Shown here: positions 51,698 through 63,033 of the stretch, in pieces | How the letters are laid out: each line of letters begins with the position of its first letter | Position numbering within the stretch: the stretch's first letter is position 1 | Assembly: GCA_963803975.1 (NCBI GenBank) | Contig: CAWDOY010000005.1 | Location: 32,001-96,000 of the forward strand | Length of the DNA: 64,000 nucleotides | Reading direction: 5' to 3' | Source of the DNA: an uncultured delta proteobacterium | GTDB lineage: Bacteria; Desulfobacterota; WTBG01; CAIYCZ01 | Made by a program: the position numbers and the translations under genes | The notes under the pieces: model-generated | Seen by the model: only the letters and a program-made list of their open reading frames with translations | What the model was told of the DNA's origin: nothing | The model's database searches: none

Positions 51698-52417
51698 ATG
51701 AGCGAGGACTATACATTTCCACCATACGCAGAAAAAGTGCAGGAGGCAATTAAAGGATTCGGCGGGACCGTCATGGAAGAGTACCGCGGTTATGATATCC
51801 GGCCCCTGTGGAACCAGAATGGCGAAGGCTACACCGGTTACAAATATCTCTATAAGGCGCCAAAGCTTGAGAAGATAGCGTTCGGCGTCGGCAGCTTCCG
51901 CGAGAAGCTCATGTCCTATGCGCTCATGATATGGCCCGATGATGATCACGCGCTGCCTGTCTATTCCAGCTACTGGGCTGAAAGCGCCAAGGGGAGCTTT
52001 TTTATCATCGACTTTTACCCTCTTGCCGACTGCATCCGTGATCTTCCCTACCTGGAAAAGTATCTCGCGCCGCTGGAGGATATCTATGGCCGGGGGCTTG
52101 AACAGTTCCCGCCGTCAAACGTGAGAAGTGAGAACTGGTTCCGGGCCGCCGCCTCACCCTATCTCATCACCACTGAGGCTGACGCAACAAAAGAAAACCA
52201 GGAGCGGCTCATGAGCCTGACCCTTGATTACCTCAAGGTCTATAGTGATCTCTGGAAAAATGAAGCACCCAGCCCTGCGGAGTACATGAAGGAATTGAAC
52301 GCCCGCAAAGAGGCCATCCGCAAAACTTTTGAGGCGCGCGATTCAATCGGCGACACGATGCTCACCAGGGCCATCGGCAAAGAGCTGGCACACCTGTCTC
52401 TGATTACCCAGTTTTAA
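51698..52417 (+). CDS. Ferredoxin-dependent bilin reductase (PcyA/PebA/RCCR fold)-like protein
   Basis: Pattern IWP..HALP....FIIDFYPL...YLEKYL.PL...ASPY...YL..Y..LW...RD.....L....G parallels the FDBR layout. Strong RBS GAGGAGG. Confidence 0.62.
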   Translation: MSEDYTFPPYAEKVQEAIKGFGGTVMEEYRGYDIRPLWNQNGEGYTGYKYLYKAPKLEKIAFGVGSFREKLMSYALMIWPDDDHALPVYSSYWAESAKGSFFIIDFYPLADCIRDLPYLEKYLAPLEDIYGRGLEQFPPSNVRSENWFRAAASPYLITTEADATKENQERLMSLTLDYLKVYSDLWKNEAPSPAEYMKELNARKEAIRKTFEARDSIGDTMLTRAIGKELAHLSLITQF

Positions 52418-52481
52418 AATAATATAAGGGCCAGGCTGCTTTTTGTTTACAAATCAGCTGCCGGTCCCCTTTTGCGTTTCT

Positions 52482-52844
52482 ATGGCAACAAATAGCAGGG
52501 ATCACGGGATTGTCTACTCAACCGGGCACGGAAAGATGTGCCCTGCCTGCGGTAAGCCCGAAGCACAATGCGTATGCTGCAGAAACAGCGCATCTCCACC
52601 GGGCGACGGGATCGTGCGCGTGGGACGGGTAACCAAGGGATGCAGGGGGAAAGGTTTGACCGTGATCACCGGCATTCCCCTGGACCATGACGGGCTGATA
52701 AACCTGGCACGGCAGCTTAAACAAAAGTGCGGCGCCGGCGGCACGGTAAAAGACGGTGTCGTAGAAATTCAGGGCGATCACCGGGACCTGCTGGTGGAAG
52801 AGCTGAAAAAACGGGGGTATGCGGTAAAACGCTCTGGTGGTTAA
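52482..52844 (+). CDS. yciH: Translation initiation factor SUI1/YciH
   Basis: VYST..G..CP.C, KG.RGKGLTVITG, LKQKCGAGGTVKDGVVEIQGDHR. Confidence 0.9.
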   Translation: MATNSRDHGIVYSTGHGKMCPACGKPEAQCVCCRNSASPPGDGIVRVGRVTKGCRGKGLTVITGIPLDHDGLINLARQLKQKCGAGGTVKDGVVEIQGDHRDLLVEELKKRGYAVKRSGG

Positions 52845-52882
52845 GGACTGCCGCGCGCACTGTCAGCAGCTGGATAAATTTT

Positions 52883-53521
52883 ATGAAAGAAAAAGCATTA
52901 GCTCAATTTTTTTACAAATACGCCATGGCCTATGAGGCACTGAACCATATCGTCCATTTCCCCGACCTGAAGAAGAAGCGGATGGACAAGCTGCAGGTTG
53001 GGCCGGATGATGGCAGGGTTTTAGAGCTGGGGTGCGGCACCGGCGTGAGCTCAAAAATATTTAACGAGAAAAATGTCATATCCGTTCATTTGGACATTAA
53101 CGAAAGATTTGTCCGGTATGGCAAAAAGAAAAAGCGGTTTATCAATGGTGTTGTGGGAACTGCATACAATTTATGCTTTCCCGACCGGACCTTTGATAAA
53201 ATCATCTTTGCAGATGCCTTTCACCATGTGCTGGATCATGAGCGGCTGTTTCAGGAATGCAACCGGGTGCTGAAGCCGGGGGGGACCTTTATTGTGTTCG
53301 ATATCGTCCATAAAATATCAGCACCAAACGTCATCATAAATCATTTTGCAGACGGAATGATCTGGATTCTTGACCGGCGTGCTTTTGAAAGCCGTGTTGC
53401 ACGTCTTGCAGCGCAAAACGATTTTGTCAAATGTGATTTTTCCTGGACGCAGGAAAAGACGCTGGTAGGTATTGTTTTTAAAGGGATTGATATCCAGGCA
53501 AAAATGATAAAGGCAGGGTGA
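52883..53521 (+). CDS. Class I SAM-dependent methyltransferase
   Basis: VLELGCGTG, FDKI, FHHV, RVLKPGG. Confidence 0.82.
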   Translation: MKEKALAQFFYKYAMAYEALNHIVHFPDLKKKRMDKLQVGPDDGRVLELGCGTGVSSKIFNEKNVISVHLDINERFVRYGKKKKRFINGVVGTAYNLCFPDRTFDKIIFADAFHHVLDHERLFQECNRVLKPGGTFIVFDIVHKISAPNVIINHFADGMIWILDRRAFESRVARLAAQNDFVKCDFSWTQEKTLVGIVFKGIDIQAKMIKAG

Positions 53522-53597
53522 GAGCTGCTGCTGACGCCGCGGCGGAAAACTCAGGGCTGCCTTACTTATGTAATAACACGCGTCACGGGAACAGCGC

Positions 53598-55232
53598 TCA
53601 TGCGGCCCGGCAATCCCGGCCGGTTTTGGTCAGGTAATATTCGTATCCGCCGTCATAGGTAAGCATTTCACCGTGGTCGATCTCAAAGACGCGCCCCGCC
53701 AGCGAGCGGAGGAAATACCGGTCGTGGCTCACCAGCACCACCGTGCCGGTGAACTTCTGCAGCGCTGCAAGCAGTATCTGCCGGGACTGGAAGTCGAGGT
53801 GGTTGGTCGGCTCGTCAAGAATCAGGAAGTTAATGGGCCGGGCAAGAAGCGTGGCCAGCAGCAGCCGGCTCTTCTCTCCGCCGGAGAGGCTCATAACCTT
53901 CTTCTCAACAGCATCGCCCTGGAAGAGAAAGGCAGCGCAGAGGTTGCGCACCACGCCGATGTTTTCCCGGGGAATGACATCCTGCACTGTATCGAAAACG
54001 GTCTTTCCCGGATCAAGGAGATCCATGACGTGCTGGCTGAAGTAGCCGGGGAAGACGTTGGCACCAAGGCTGACAATGCCGGCTGTGGGCCCGGTCTGGC
54101 CTGCCAGAACTTTAAGGAAGGTTGACTTGCCGGCACCGTTCACGCCGACCACGGCGATCTTCTCCTGCCTCCTGATCACCCCGGAAACACCGCCGAAGAC
54201 CGACTTCCGGCCGCCGTCCGGCAAAGGCCAGGTCTTGCCGACCCCCGCCATGCGCACCACGTCATCTCCCGAGCGCGGCGGCTCAGGAAATGCAAACCTG
54301 ATTATCTTCTGTTCCGGCGGCAGTTCGATGCGCTCAATTTTATCGATCTTTTTCACCCGGGACTGCACCTGCGAGGCATGCGAGGCGCGGGCCGCGAAGC
54401 GGGCGATAAACTCCTCCTCCTTGGCCAGCATCTCCTGCTGGCGGCGATAGCTGGCCAGAAGCTGCTCGCGGCGGACCTCCCGTTCGCGCAGGTAGAAGTC
54501 GTAGTTGCCGCTGTAGGTGGTCACCGCACCGTTCCCCACCTCTATGATACGGGTGACGATGCGGTTCATGAAATCATGATCATGGCAGGTCATGAGAAGC
54601 GCGCCCTTGAACTCGCCTGCGAGCCAGTCTTCCAGCCAGATGATCGACTCAAGGTCGAGATGGTTGGTGGGCTCATCAAGCAGCAGCACGTCGGGATTGA
54701 TGGTCAATATCTTTGCGAGGGCGATGCGCATCTTCCAGCCGCCGCTGAAGGACTCCACCGGGCGGTGGAAGTCATCCGGCCCGATGCCGAGCCCGGTCAA
54801 TACTGCCTGGGCGCGGGCTTCCAGGTCGTAGCCGCCGCGATGTTCAAACTGCTCCATGGCATTTCCATAGCGCTCAAGCAGCTCAGCCATCTCAAGCTCT
54901 GCCATCGGATGCGCCATGGCAGATTCCATTTCCCGTATCTCTTCGCCCAGGCGCATCACATCGCCGGCCGCTGACATCACCTCCTGCAGTGCCGAGCGTC
55001 CCGCCATATCACCGACTTCCTGGGAGAAGTAGCCGATGCTGGTATTTCTGGCGCAGGAGATCTCGCCGCTGTCTGCTTCTTCCTCACCCATGATCAGGCG
55101 GAAGATGGTGGTCTTACCGGCGCCGTTAGCGCCGACCAGGCCGGTGCGGGTGCCGGGCAGTATCTGCAGGCTCGCGTTGCGGAAAAGGATTTGAGACCCG
55201 TGCTGCCGGGTTATGCTGGTCAAATGAATCAT
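53598..55232 (-). CDS. ABC-F family ATP-binding protein
   Basis: Two ABC domains (GANGAGKT/FSGGW/LLLDEPTNHLD and GVNGAGKS/LSGGE/LILDEPTNHLD), no TM segment. Confidence 0.92.
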   Translation of the reverse strand: MIHLTSITRQHGSQILFRNASLQILPGTRTGLVGANGAGKTTIFRLIMGEEEADSGEISCARNTSIGYFSQEVGDMAGRSALQEVMSAAGDVMRLGEEIREMESAMAHPMAELEMAELLERYGNAMEQFEHRGGYDLEARAQAVLTGLGIGPDDFHRPVESFSGGWKMRIALAKILTINPDVLLLDEPTNHLDLESIIWLEDWLAGEFKGALLMTCHDHDFMNRIVTRIIEVGNGAVTTYSGNYDFYLREREVRREQLLASYRRQQEMLAKEEEFIARFAARASHASQVQSRVKKIDKIERIELPPEQKIIRFAFPEPPRSGDDVVRMAGVGKTWPLPDGGRKSVFGGVSGVIRRQEKIAVVGVNGAGKSTFLKVLAGQTGPTAGIVSLGANVFPGYFSQHVMDLLDPGKTVFDTVQDVIPRENIGVVRNLCAAFLFQGDAVEKKVMSLSGGEKSRLLLATLLARPINFLILDEPTNHLDFQSRQILLAALQKFTGTVVLVSHDRYFLRSLAGRVFEIDHGEMLTYDGGYEYYLTKTGRDCRAA

Positions 55233-56326
55233 GGTTATAGCTCCAAAAAGTGTGCGATAGTAGCATGGAGACGCCTGCGGAGCAAGTCTCTTTTAACAGT
55301 CTCTTTTAAACAGACTGTTCAAAAAAACAGTTGCAAGAAGACTGCAAAGGTCGGTAGAATGTTTAGCACCGGGGAGGCCGAAAAAGAGCGGCAAATAAAG
55401 GCGCTGTCGCCTTTACCCTTCGAAAATACGATTGTTTTTATCTTTTCAACTTTTTACTTGACAGGAGTAATATAGGATGTCCCCTTTAACCTGCTAATGA
55501 AGCAGGGTGGCGAGTCACGGATGAGCGGGCAGACGGCTATTGGTGGAATCCAATGGGAGATGCTGGGGCCTTATTTAAATAAATAGAGCGGTGACCATAT
55601 TGTCGATCCTGAGCTTGTTCAGGGTATTTTCTTCTCGAATCAAAAGATAACAACAGCCGCACCCCAGGGCATTGATATTGCCCCGAGCGTGCTGAGCGCC
55701 AAGGGAATCATTCTTCCCGAGGATTTGAAAGGGCGGTCACTTAGATTATAATGGTCAGCACATTTCTTTTCTGCCTGGCCGCAGGACTGGAATCAGAAGC
55801 CAGTAAACAGCATATCCAATCAGGGAGATAGTATGGACAGTAACAGTGTATCACCGGAGCAGAACGCTGCAAAAATATATTGTCCTGTTTTCTTAGGCAT
55901 CTCTTTGGGCTCAATGGTAACGCTCGGCAGAGAGGCCAACCTCACCAGATTTTTTCTGCCCGTCTGGCACTATTCCGTACAATCTGACGCTATATTCTGG
56001 ACGGCAGCTGCAATCTATGCTGCGGGATTTACTTTATTATAATGGCATGCAAACCCCTGCCAGCACGGAATATATAATGCAACGGGGGTGTTGAAAAAAT
56101 TGCCAAGACGTTTCGCCGTTTTTCCCGTTGTCTTGCAAGACCTATTTTGCTATTTTAAATTAAGCTAACTATAAAAGAAATTAAGGGTTACGATTTGAGA
56201 AAAATACGCCTGGAGAAACTTTTACACAGGCTCTTAAATCAGCAGGTTGTACATACCACACATAATGCCACTTTAAACCGATAGAATCTTTTTTATTAAT
56301 CCAGATTCTTAACGGAGAAAACAGAT

Positions 56327-57518
56327 TGAGTTCAATAAAAAAGAAACCGCGCCATAAAAGCCTTCATAATTATAGCTCTCGTCGCGAGCTTCTTATTTGC
56401 GGAAATTTATCTGCAACAAAAAGAAAACAAAGTAGAAAGTTCAGGAGATCAGTTAACCTTTTGTACTCATACTGGTGCAAAAATTACAAAGGGCAGTGGT
56501 CTCAAACTGGCGACTGCTCCTTTTACTATTTTTAAAAACTTGCCAAATCAAAAACTTAGCAATTGTTCCATAAATTCTTTGGGGTTTAGGGGTGGGGAGA
56601 TATCAACGGAACGCAATCAGCGGAAAAGAATAATTGTGGTTGGTGGTTCTTGTGCCTTCGGGCATTCGTTGAACAAATGATAATGAAACGCTTGGCAGCA
56701 CTTTTAGAAAAGCAAAATAATAGTTACGAGGTTATAAATGCTGCAGTCAATGGATTCCATTCTGGAGAAGAATTAGCTTACATCGTAACTGAACTGGTGG
56801 ATTATCATCCGGATGTAATTATTGCCTTTGATGGATGGAATGATCTGTTTTTTTCATGGTATTATTCCCTTTGGTTTGGGCGTCCCCGAGAAAAAGGAGA
56901 ATTAGGATTTAATAGCACTGTTTTTATGAATATAATTGAATCCCCGCTCGTTGCTAATTACCAAACACAGACAGGGGTGTTTTATAGCTTTAGACGTTTT
57001 TTTAATACACTGATACACAAAAGTTTTATTATGTCATGGCTCCAGGATAATCTTATGGCCATTATAAAAAAACCAGCAAAGAATCTGTCGGTTGAACCAG
57101 CACAGAGAAATAATTATTTAAATGAAATTATTGATACGTATACAAGCAACATAAAAAAAATGCATTTGTTCTGCAATAGCCTGGGAATAAAATTTTTAGT
57201 CGCGTTCCAACCTGAGTTAGGATCTAAGTCAAATCTGAGCGCAGATGAGCGTGCCATACTTTCTAATGGATCATTTACTGCGGGGTGGGGAATTAGTAAC
57301 TATTCAAAAGAATTTTCCTTCGTTATATAGGCAGTTTATTGAACTGTCAAAAACAATACTGCAGGAACAATGGAATTGATTATATTGATATAAATATGGA
57401 TCCGAAATTCAAAAATAGCAGCAACACGGTGTTCTCTGATGTTGTTCATACCAATAAAGATGGGAATGAAATAATTGCTCAAATCTTATATGAGCGTTTA
57501 AAGAACAGTTTTAATTAG
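56327..57518 (+). CDS. SGNH/GDSL hydrolase-fold membrane-anchored protein. Several apparent frameshifts, start approximate.
   Basis: Across frames: INSLGFRG, VVGGSCAFG, VINAAVNG, FDGWND, FQP, DVVHTNKDGNEIIA (DxxH). Confidence 0.7.
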
Positions 57519-57678
57519 AAATAACTGAAACACAATGAAACCTTAGTCATAAGAATGAGTGTTTCTCTAATAAAATAAAAAAGCTGGTGCTCATATCGTT
57601 TTATTAGGTGATATAACGCTGGATAAAAATAATTAGTCTAAAGGCATCACATGTACAATGTTGGCGAGGTAGTATGGC

Positions 57679-58689
57679 ATGGTTAAAGTAGGAGTTATCG
57701 GATGCGGATATTGGGGGCCAAATTTGATCAGAAACTTTGTCATGTGCCCGGAAACCGAACTTATCTGGGCATGCGACAAAGATGCCAAACGCATGGAAAA
57801 GGCAACAAGACCCTATCCAGGCGTTAAAGGAACTGCTGACATTAATGACATTTTATCGGATAAAAATATCACTGCTGTTGCCATTGCAACGCCGGTGAAT
57901 ACGCACTTCTCTATTGCTAAGGCCTGCTTAGAACATGGGAAACACGTGCTTATTGAAAAACCACTGGCAGCGAGTATTGAAGAAGGTGAGAAACTAGTTC
58001 GACTTGCCAGAGAAAAAGGCTTGCAATTGATGTGCGATCACACCTTTTGCTACACCGGCGCAGTCCGCAAGATGAAAGAGATTATTACTTCCGGAGCGCT
58101 GGGAGAGATTTTGTACTTTGACTCGATACGGATAAACCTGGGATTGTTTCAGCAGGATATTAATGTCATATGGGACCTTGCTCCCCATGACCTTTCGATT
58201 CTTGATTTTCTCATAGATAAAAAGCCTGTTTCAGTCAGCGCTCATGGTGTTTGTCATGCAGGAAACAATATAGAAAACATCGCGTACGTTACACTGCGAT
58301 ATGACAATTCTTTCATAGCCCATTTCCACCTCAACTGGCTCTCCCCAGTCAAAATAAGAAAAACAATTGTTGGCGGCAGGGAGAAAATGATGGTATGGGA
58401 TGATTTAGAACCTGGCGAAACAATAAAAATTTATGACAAAGGCATCATAGTAAAAAAGGGGGAAGTTGAGAAACGGAATAGCCTGCTTGTATCCTACCGG
58501 TCTGCAGACATGTATGCCCCTCGGGTTGATGATACTGAAGCTTTGTCTGTAATTGTAATGGAATTTGCTAATTGTATTGCACAGAATAAACCTACGCTTA
58601 CAGATGGTGAAGCAGGCCTGCGCGTGCTTAAAATTTTAGAAGCTGCTGAAAGGTCTGTTAAGGCTGATGGCAACAGCGTCCGCCTATAG
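57679..58689 (+). CDS. Gfo/Idh/MocA-family oxidoreductase (sugar-nucleotide dehydrogenase-like)
   Basis: VGVIGCGYWG, HVLIEKP, WDLAPHD. Confidence 0.9.
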   Translation: MVKVGVIGCGYWGPNLIRNFVMCPETELIWACDKDAKRMEKATRPYPGVKGTADINDILSDKNITAVAIATPVNTHFSIAKACLEHGKHVLIEKPLAASIEEGEKLVRLAREKGLQLMCDHTFCYTGAVRKMKEIITSGALGEILYFDSIRINLGLFQQDINVIWDLAPHDLSILDFLIDKKPVSVSAHGVCHAGNNIENIAYVTLRYDNSFIAHFHLNWLSPVKIRKTIVGGREKMMVWDDLEPGETIKIYDKGIIVKKGEVEKRNSLLVSYRSADMYAPRVDDTEALSVIVMEFANCIAQNKPTLTDGEAGLRVLKILEAAERSVKADGNSVRL

Positions 58690-58775
58690 GTCATCAAGGC
58701 AACGGATTAATTTATCCGGTATGCTCCTAAAAGAACATGATTTAAAATTTCACATAATCGTGATGCGGAGGAAAA

Positions 58776-59786
58776 ATGAAAATTGACGGGCTGCATTGTC
58801 TGGTAACTGGTGGCGCTGGCACCCTGGGCTCCAATCTGGTGGATGAACTCATGTTGAAAGGCTGCAGGGTCAGAGTGCTGGACAATCTTGCAAATGGCAA
58901 GCTTGAAAATTTAGCGCACCACCTGACCAATAAGAATTTTCAGTTTTATCGCGGAACCGTTACTGACCCGTTTGATGTCAAGCGTGTTATGGAGGGAATC
59001 GATGTGGTCTTTCACTTAGCATGCCTGGGGGTCCGGCATTCAATTATTCATCCGTTTGAAAATCATCGGGTAAATGCAGAGGGAACACTTTTTGTGCTGG
59101 ATGCTGCCTATCACGCACAGGTAAAGCGATTGGTGTACTGTTCAACATCCGAGGTTTACGGAACAGCACAATTTGTCCCGGTAACAGAAAACCACCCAAC
59201 ATTTCCCTGCACCGTTTACGGAGCAAGCAAGCTCGCCGGAGAAGCTTATGCACGGGTCTGCCATAGGCTCTATGGTATGCCCACAGTCATCCTGCGGCCC
59301 TTTAACATCTATGGGCCACGATCGCACCATGAAGGTGATGCCGGCGAATTCATTCCAAAATCAATTGTCCGCGCCTTGAACGGTGAACCTATCATAATAT
59401 TTGGTGACGGCACTCAAACTCGTGATTTTACCTATGTGAAGGATACGGTCAGGGCATTTCTCATTGCTGCCGAGAGTGACGACATGATCGGACAAACATT
59501 AAATGTTGGCAGTAACTTCGAAATTTCAATAAACGAACTTGCACGAAAAATTGCAGCAATGGTTTCAAAACCGTCCACAGCTGTTATTCATACTCCCGAG
59601 CGGCCGGGCGATGTCCTCCGCCTTCACTCGGATTATCAAAAATTTAACCAGCTCTGCGGGTGGAAGCCCATGGTAGATATTGAAACAGGTCTTACCCTCA
59701 CCATTGAGCATTTTCGTAATCATCCCTTGGGGGCAGAGGGACTTTTAACAGGCGAAGCGGGACGAAACTGGGAGATCAAATTCTAA
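58776..59786 (+). CDS. NAD-dependent epimerase/dehydratase
   Basis: TGGAGTLG, STSEVYG, YGASK, RPFNIYGP, GDGTQTRDF. Confidence 0.92.
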   Translation: MKIDGLHCLVTGGAGTLGSNLVDELMLKGCRVRVLDNLANGKLENLAHHLTNKNFQFYRGTVTDPFDVKRVMEGIDVVFHLACLGVRHSIIHPFENHRVNAEGTLFVLDAAYHAQVKRLVYCSTSEVYGTAQFVPVTENHPTFPCTVYGASKLAGEAYARVCHRLYGMPTVILRPFNIYGPRSHHEGDAGEFIPKSIVRALNGEPIIIFGDGTQTRDFTYVKDTVRAFLIAAESDDMIGQTLNVGSNFEISINELARKIAAMVSKPSTAVIHTPERPGDVLRLHSDYQKFNQLCGWKPMVDIETGLTLTIEHFRNHPLGAEGLLTGEAGRNWEIKF

Positions 59787-61058
59787 TGATTCCCTTTGCT
59801 CGACCTGTTCTGGGTGAAAATGAGGCTGCAGCAGCTCGCGCGGTTATATTTTCAGGATGGGTGACCCAGGGGCCAAAAGTCAGAGCTTTTGAAGAAATGT
59901 TTGCGAAACAGGTTGGCGCCCACTTGTGCCTGTGCGGTTTCAAGCTGTACAACTGCCCTCCATCTGGCGCTTCTGGCAGTAGGGGTAAAACCAGGTGATG
60001 TGGTTATAACCGTGAGTCACAGTTTTGTCGCTACCGCCAATTCAGTTCGCTGCTGTGGCGCGGAACCGGTGTTTGTTGACATTGATGCGGAAACATACAA
60101 TATTGACCCTGAGGAACTGATAAAGGTATTGCGTGAGGACTGTACTGAGATAAAGGGCGAGCTATACTATAAAAAGGTGGAACGCATAGCGGTCGGAGAA
60201 TCGCCGCTTAAGAATATGTATCAGAGAGCTGACAAGGCAGATCGACTGGGCCGGATAGCTGCTATTATGCCTGTTCACCAGATGGGATTCCCCTGTGATA
60301 TCTCCCGGATAGTTGATATTGCGCAGCAGAACCGACTGCCTGTTGTTGAAGATGCCGCATGCGCTATCGGCAGCGCAGTGTCACTGGATGCTGGAAAGAC
60401 ATGGGAAAAAATCGGGAAGCCGCAGGGGGATATAGCCTGCTTCAGCTTTCATCCCCGCAAAATTCTTACCACCGGTGATGGAGGAATGATCACCACCAAC
60501 AAACCAGCACTGGATGCCCAATGCAGGTTATTAAGACAGCATGGGATGAGTGTCCCTGATATGGTACGGCACGAATCAGATAAAGTCATTTTTGAAAATT
60601 ATGTGACGACCGGATTTAACTATCGGATGACTGACATACAGGCTGCGGTTGGAATTGAACAACTCAAGCGGCTGGATGCCATGGTATCTGAGCGGCGTGA
60701 ACTGGCTGCCAAATATGAAGAGCTGTTACACGATACACCGCATCTGAAAGTTCTCAGGCCAGCAGATACGGTTCTTCCAAACTGGCAAAGCTATCCTATA
60801 AAACTACTTGGCGGGATTTCTCTCAACCAGCAAGAAATAATGCAGCGTCTCCTTGACAAGGGCATTTCTACCCGACGGGGCGTCATGAATGCACACCAGG
60901 AGCCCGCCTATCAGGCAGCCGGCTGGTCACTTCCCAAAAGCGAGCGCTGCCGTGACCAAACAATTTTACTGCCTTTGTTTAACGGCATCGGCATTGAAAA
61001 CCTGCAATATGTGGCAACTACTCTTAAAGAGATCATAATTTCGACTACAGACCATTAA
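59786..61058 (+). CDS. DegT/DnrJ/EryC1/StrS sugar aminotransferase. Apparent frameshift near 59920.
   Basis: MIPFARP...SGWVTQGP, then SSCTTALH, EDAACA, FSFHPRKILTTGDGG, GFNYRMTDIQAAVG. Confidence 0.9.
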
Positions 61059-61201
61059 TCTCGGACTTCAGACCATAGTTTAGACGTCAGACTGACGTGG
61101 GATGAGATAGTGCTTTTGCTATATAGAACCGGCTGTTGTTTAAACTGTAAACCCCTAGTGCTGGGCTGCATAAAACCGATGACTCACATGTGTACAGCGC
61201 C

Positions 61202-62278
61202 ATGATAATCAGGGATAAGAACCCTATCACGGTCGAGCGTATTCATCCTGATCGCTTCAGCATTATTGAAGAAGCCATTAAGAACACTGACACGCCTGCT
61301 TTACTCGGGTATCATACACCGGCTTACATGAACGCTCTAACCGAAGTTTTACATGACAACCCGCTGTATCTTGTAGCATTCTTTGAAGAAAAAGTTGCCG
61401 GTTTTTTACCGCTCCGCTGGTGTCGTGGAATGCTGGGTGTTGTGATAAATGGACTTCCCTTTTTTGGTCCTAATGGCGGGCCGGTTTTAACAACCGTTGG
61501 GTTTATGCATGCTGAGAGAACTGTCAATGCTTTATGTAATGCCCTGCAGGAACTGGTTAATGATTTAGACGCCATTTCTGTTGCTTTGTATACACCATTT
61601 CTTTATGATCCAACAATCCTTCAAGCGGAGTTCAAACCAGACAGGGTCATTGAACGTTTTACACAATATCTTGAAATACCGGATTCGCCCATAAAATGGC
61701 CAACGAGAAGCAGGCGTGCGGTGACCAGAGCTCAAAAGAAGGATTGTCTTGTCCGTTCTGGAACTGTCGGGGATGTAAAAGAGCTTCTGGAAATATATAA
61801 AGAAAATTGCACGGCTGCTCATATTCCCTTGAAGCCAGACGAATATTTTTTTCAGATAGTCAACAACCTGTGCACAACCGGCATAGCTCGCTTTACTGTG
61901 GCAGAATGTGACGACAGCGTTGTTGCCTGCTTAATAACTATTCAATGCGCAAAAACAGTAAGTTATAATGTCCCCTGCTCCAGGATAAAGGACCGAACAA
62001 TACAGGCAAACTCAATGCTGATAGATGAGGCTGTTCATCACGCCCAGAAACTGGGGTACAAGTATTGGAACTGGGAAGCATCTCCAAGCAGAGAGCACCC
62101 GGTGTATGAGTTTAAGCGAAACTGGGGGGCCCTTGAGGCACCCTATTATATTTTGCTCCAATATCCTAAAGGATTAAAATCATTTGAAAACGTCACTGCT
62201 CAAGAGATAGCATTTTCCTATCCTTATTACTTTGTTATCCCGTTTGATGATTTTGAGAGGAAGAATGCCACACAATAA
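61202..62278 (+). CDS. FemAB/GNAT-fold acyltransferase
   Basis: NGLPFFGPNGG, RRAVTRAQK, YEFKRNWGA. Confidence 0.75.
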   Translation: MIIRDKNPITVERIHPDRFSIIEEAIKNTDTPALLGYHTPAYMNALTEVLHDNPLYLVAFFEEKVAGFLPLRWCRGMLGVVINGLPFFGPNGGPVLTTVGFMHAERTVNALCNALQELVNDLDAISVALYTPFLYDPTILQAEFKPDRVIERFTQYLEIPDSPIKWPTRSRRAVTRAQKKDCLVRSGTVGDVKELLEIYKENCTAAHIPLKPDEYFFQIVNNLCTTGIARFTVAECDDSVVACLITIQCAKTVSYNVPCSRIKDRTIQANSMLIDEAVHHAQKLGYKYWNWEASPSREHPVYEFKRNWGALEAPYYILLQYPKGLKSFENVTAQEIAFSYPYYFVIPFDDFERKNATQ

Positions 62279-62975
62279 AAAAAGCAATTACAAAACAAAG
62301 CATAAACCAATATATGACATTGAACATATTGGTAATGCTTACCACGAAGAATTTAAAAAATACGGTTATAGCCTTGCTTCAATAATGATTCCCAAAGGCG
62401 CATCAGATGCACGCTTTAAGGCAAAATTTGATATAGGGGATTTAGCTGGATGCAAAATTCTTGATGTCGGATGTGGTTTTGGTCATATGCTGGATTACCT
62501 GCAAGCGTGGGGCATCACTGCTCAATACACTGGCGTAGATATCTGTCCAGCTTTTATTGAGATTGCTAAAAGGCGGCACCCAGAAGCTGATTTTCGCCTG
62601 CTGGATATACTTAATAGCAACATTAAAGAGAAATGGGACTGGGTCTTTCTTGTTGGTGCTTTTAATGTGGCACCGAAAAAACAGCGGTGGTGGCCATATG
62701 TTCAAGCTATGATTACACGAATGTATGACCTCTGCAGGAAGGGGATAGCGGTTGATTTTCTCAGCTCATATGTTGATTTCCGGAAAGAAAAGGCATTTCA
62801 CGCGCAACCGGAAAGGGTCTTTTCATTTGCAAAAAACCTCACCCGGCGCGTAGCGCTCCGGCATGATTATATGGCCTATGAATTTACCCTATACCTCTAT
62901 AAGGATCAGGCAGTAACAAGTAATCATATCTTTGCAGATTTTAAAAAAACTGTTCCTTCAGAACTAAAACTATGA
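62265..62975 (+). CDS. Class I SAM-dependent methyltransferase
   Basis: ILDVGCGFG, YTGVDI, LRHDYMAYEFTLYLYK. Confidence 0.82.
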   Translation: MPHNKKSNYKTKHKPIYDIEHIGNAYHEEFKKYGYSLASIMIPKGASDARFKAKFDIGDLAGCKILDVGCGFGHMLDYLQAWGITAQYTGVDICPAFIEIAKRRHPEADFRLLDILNSNIKEKWDWVFLVGAFNVAPKKQRWWPYVQAMITRMYDLCRKGIAVDFLSSYVDFRKEKAFHAQPERVFSFAKNLTRRVALRHDYMAYEFTLYLYKDQAVTSNHIFADFKKTVPSELKL

Positions 62976-63033
62976 AAGCAATTTTATACATCTCTTTAAT
63001 AGGCAGGATGGCAATAGGTAAGGGAAACCAATC

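Noticed and set aside
55833..56042. 69-aa ORF with a plausible RBS
   Set aside because: Too short and without any recognisable similarity to support a call.
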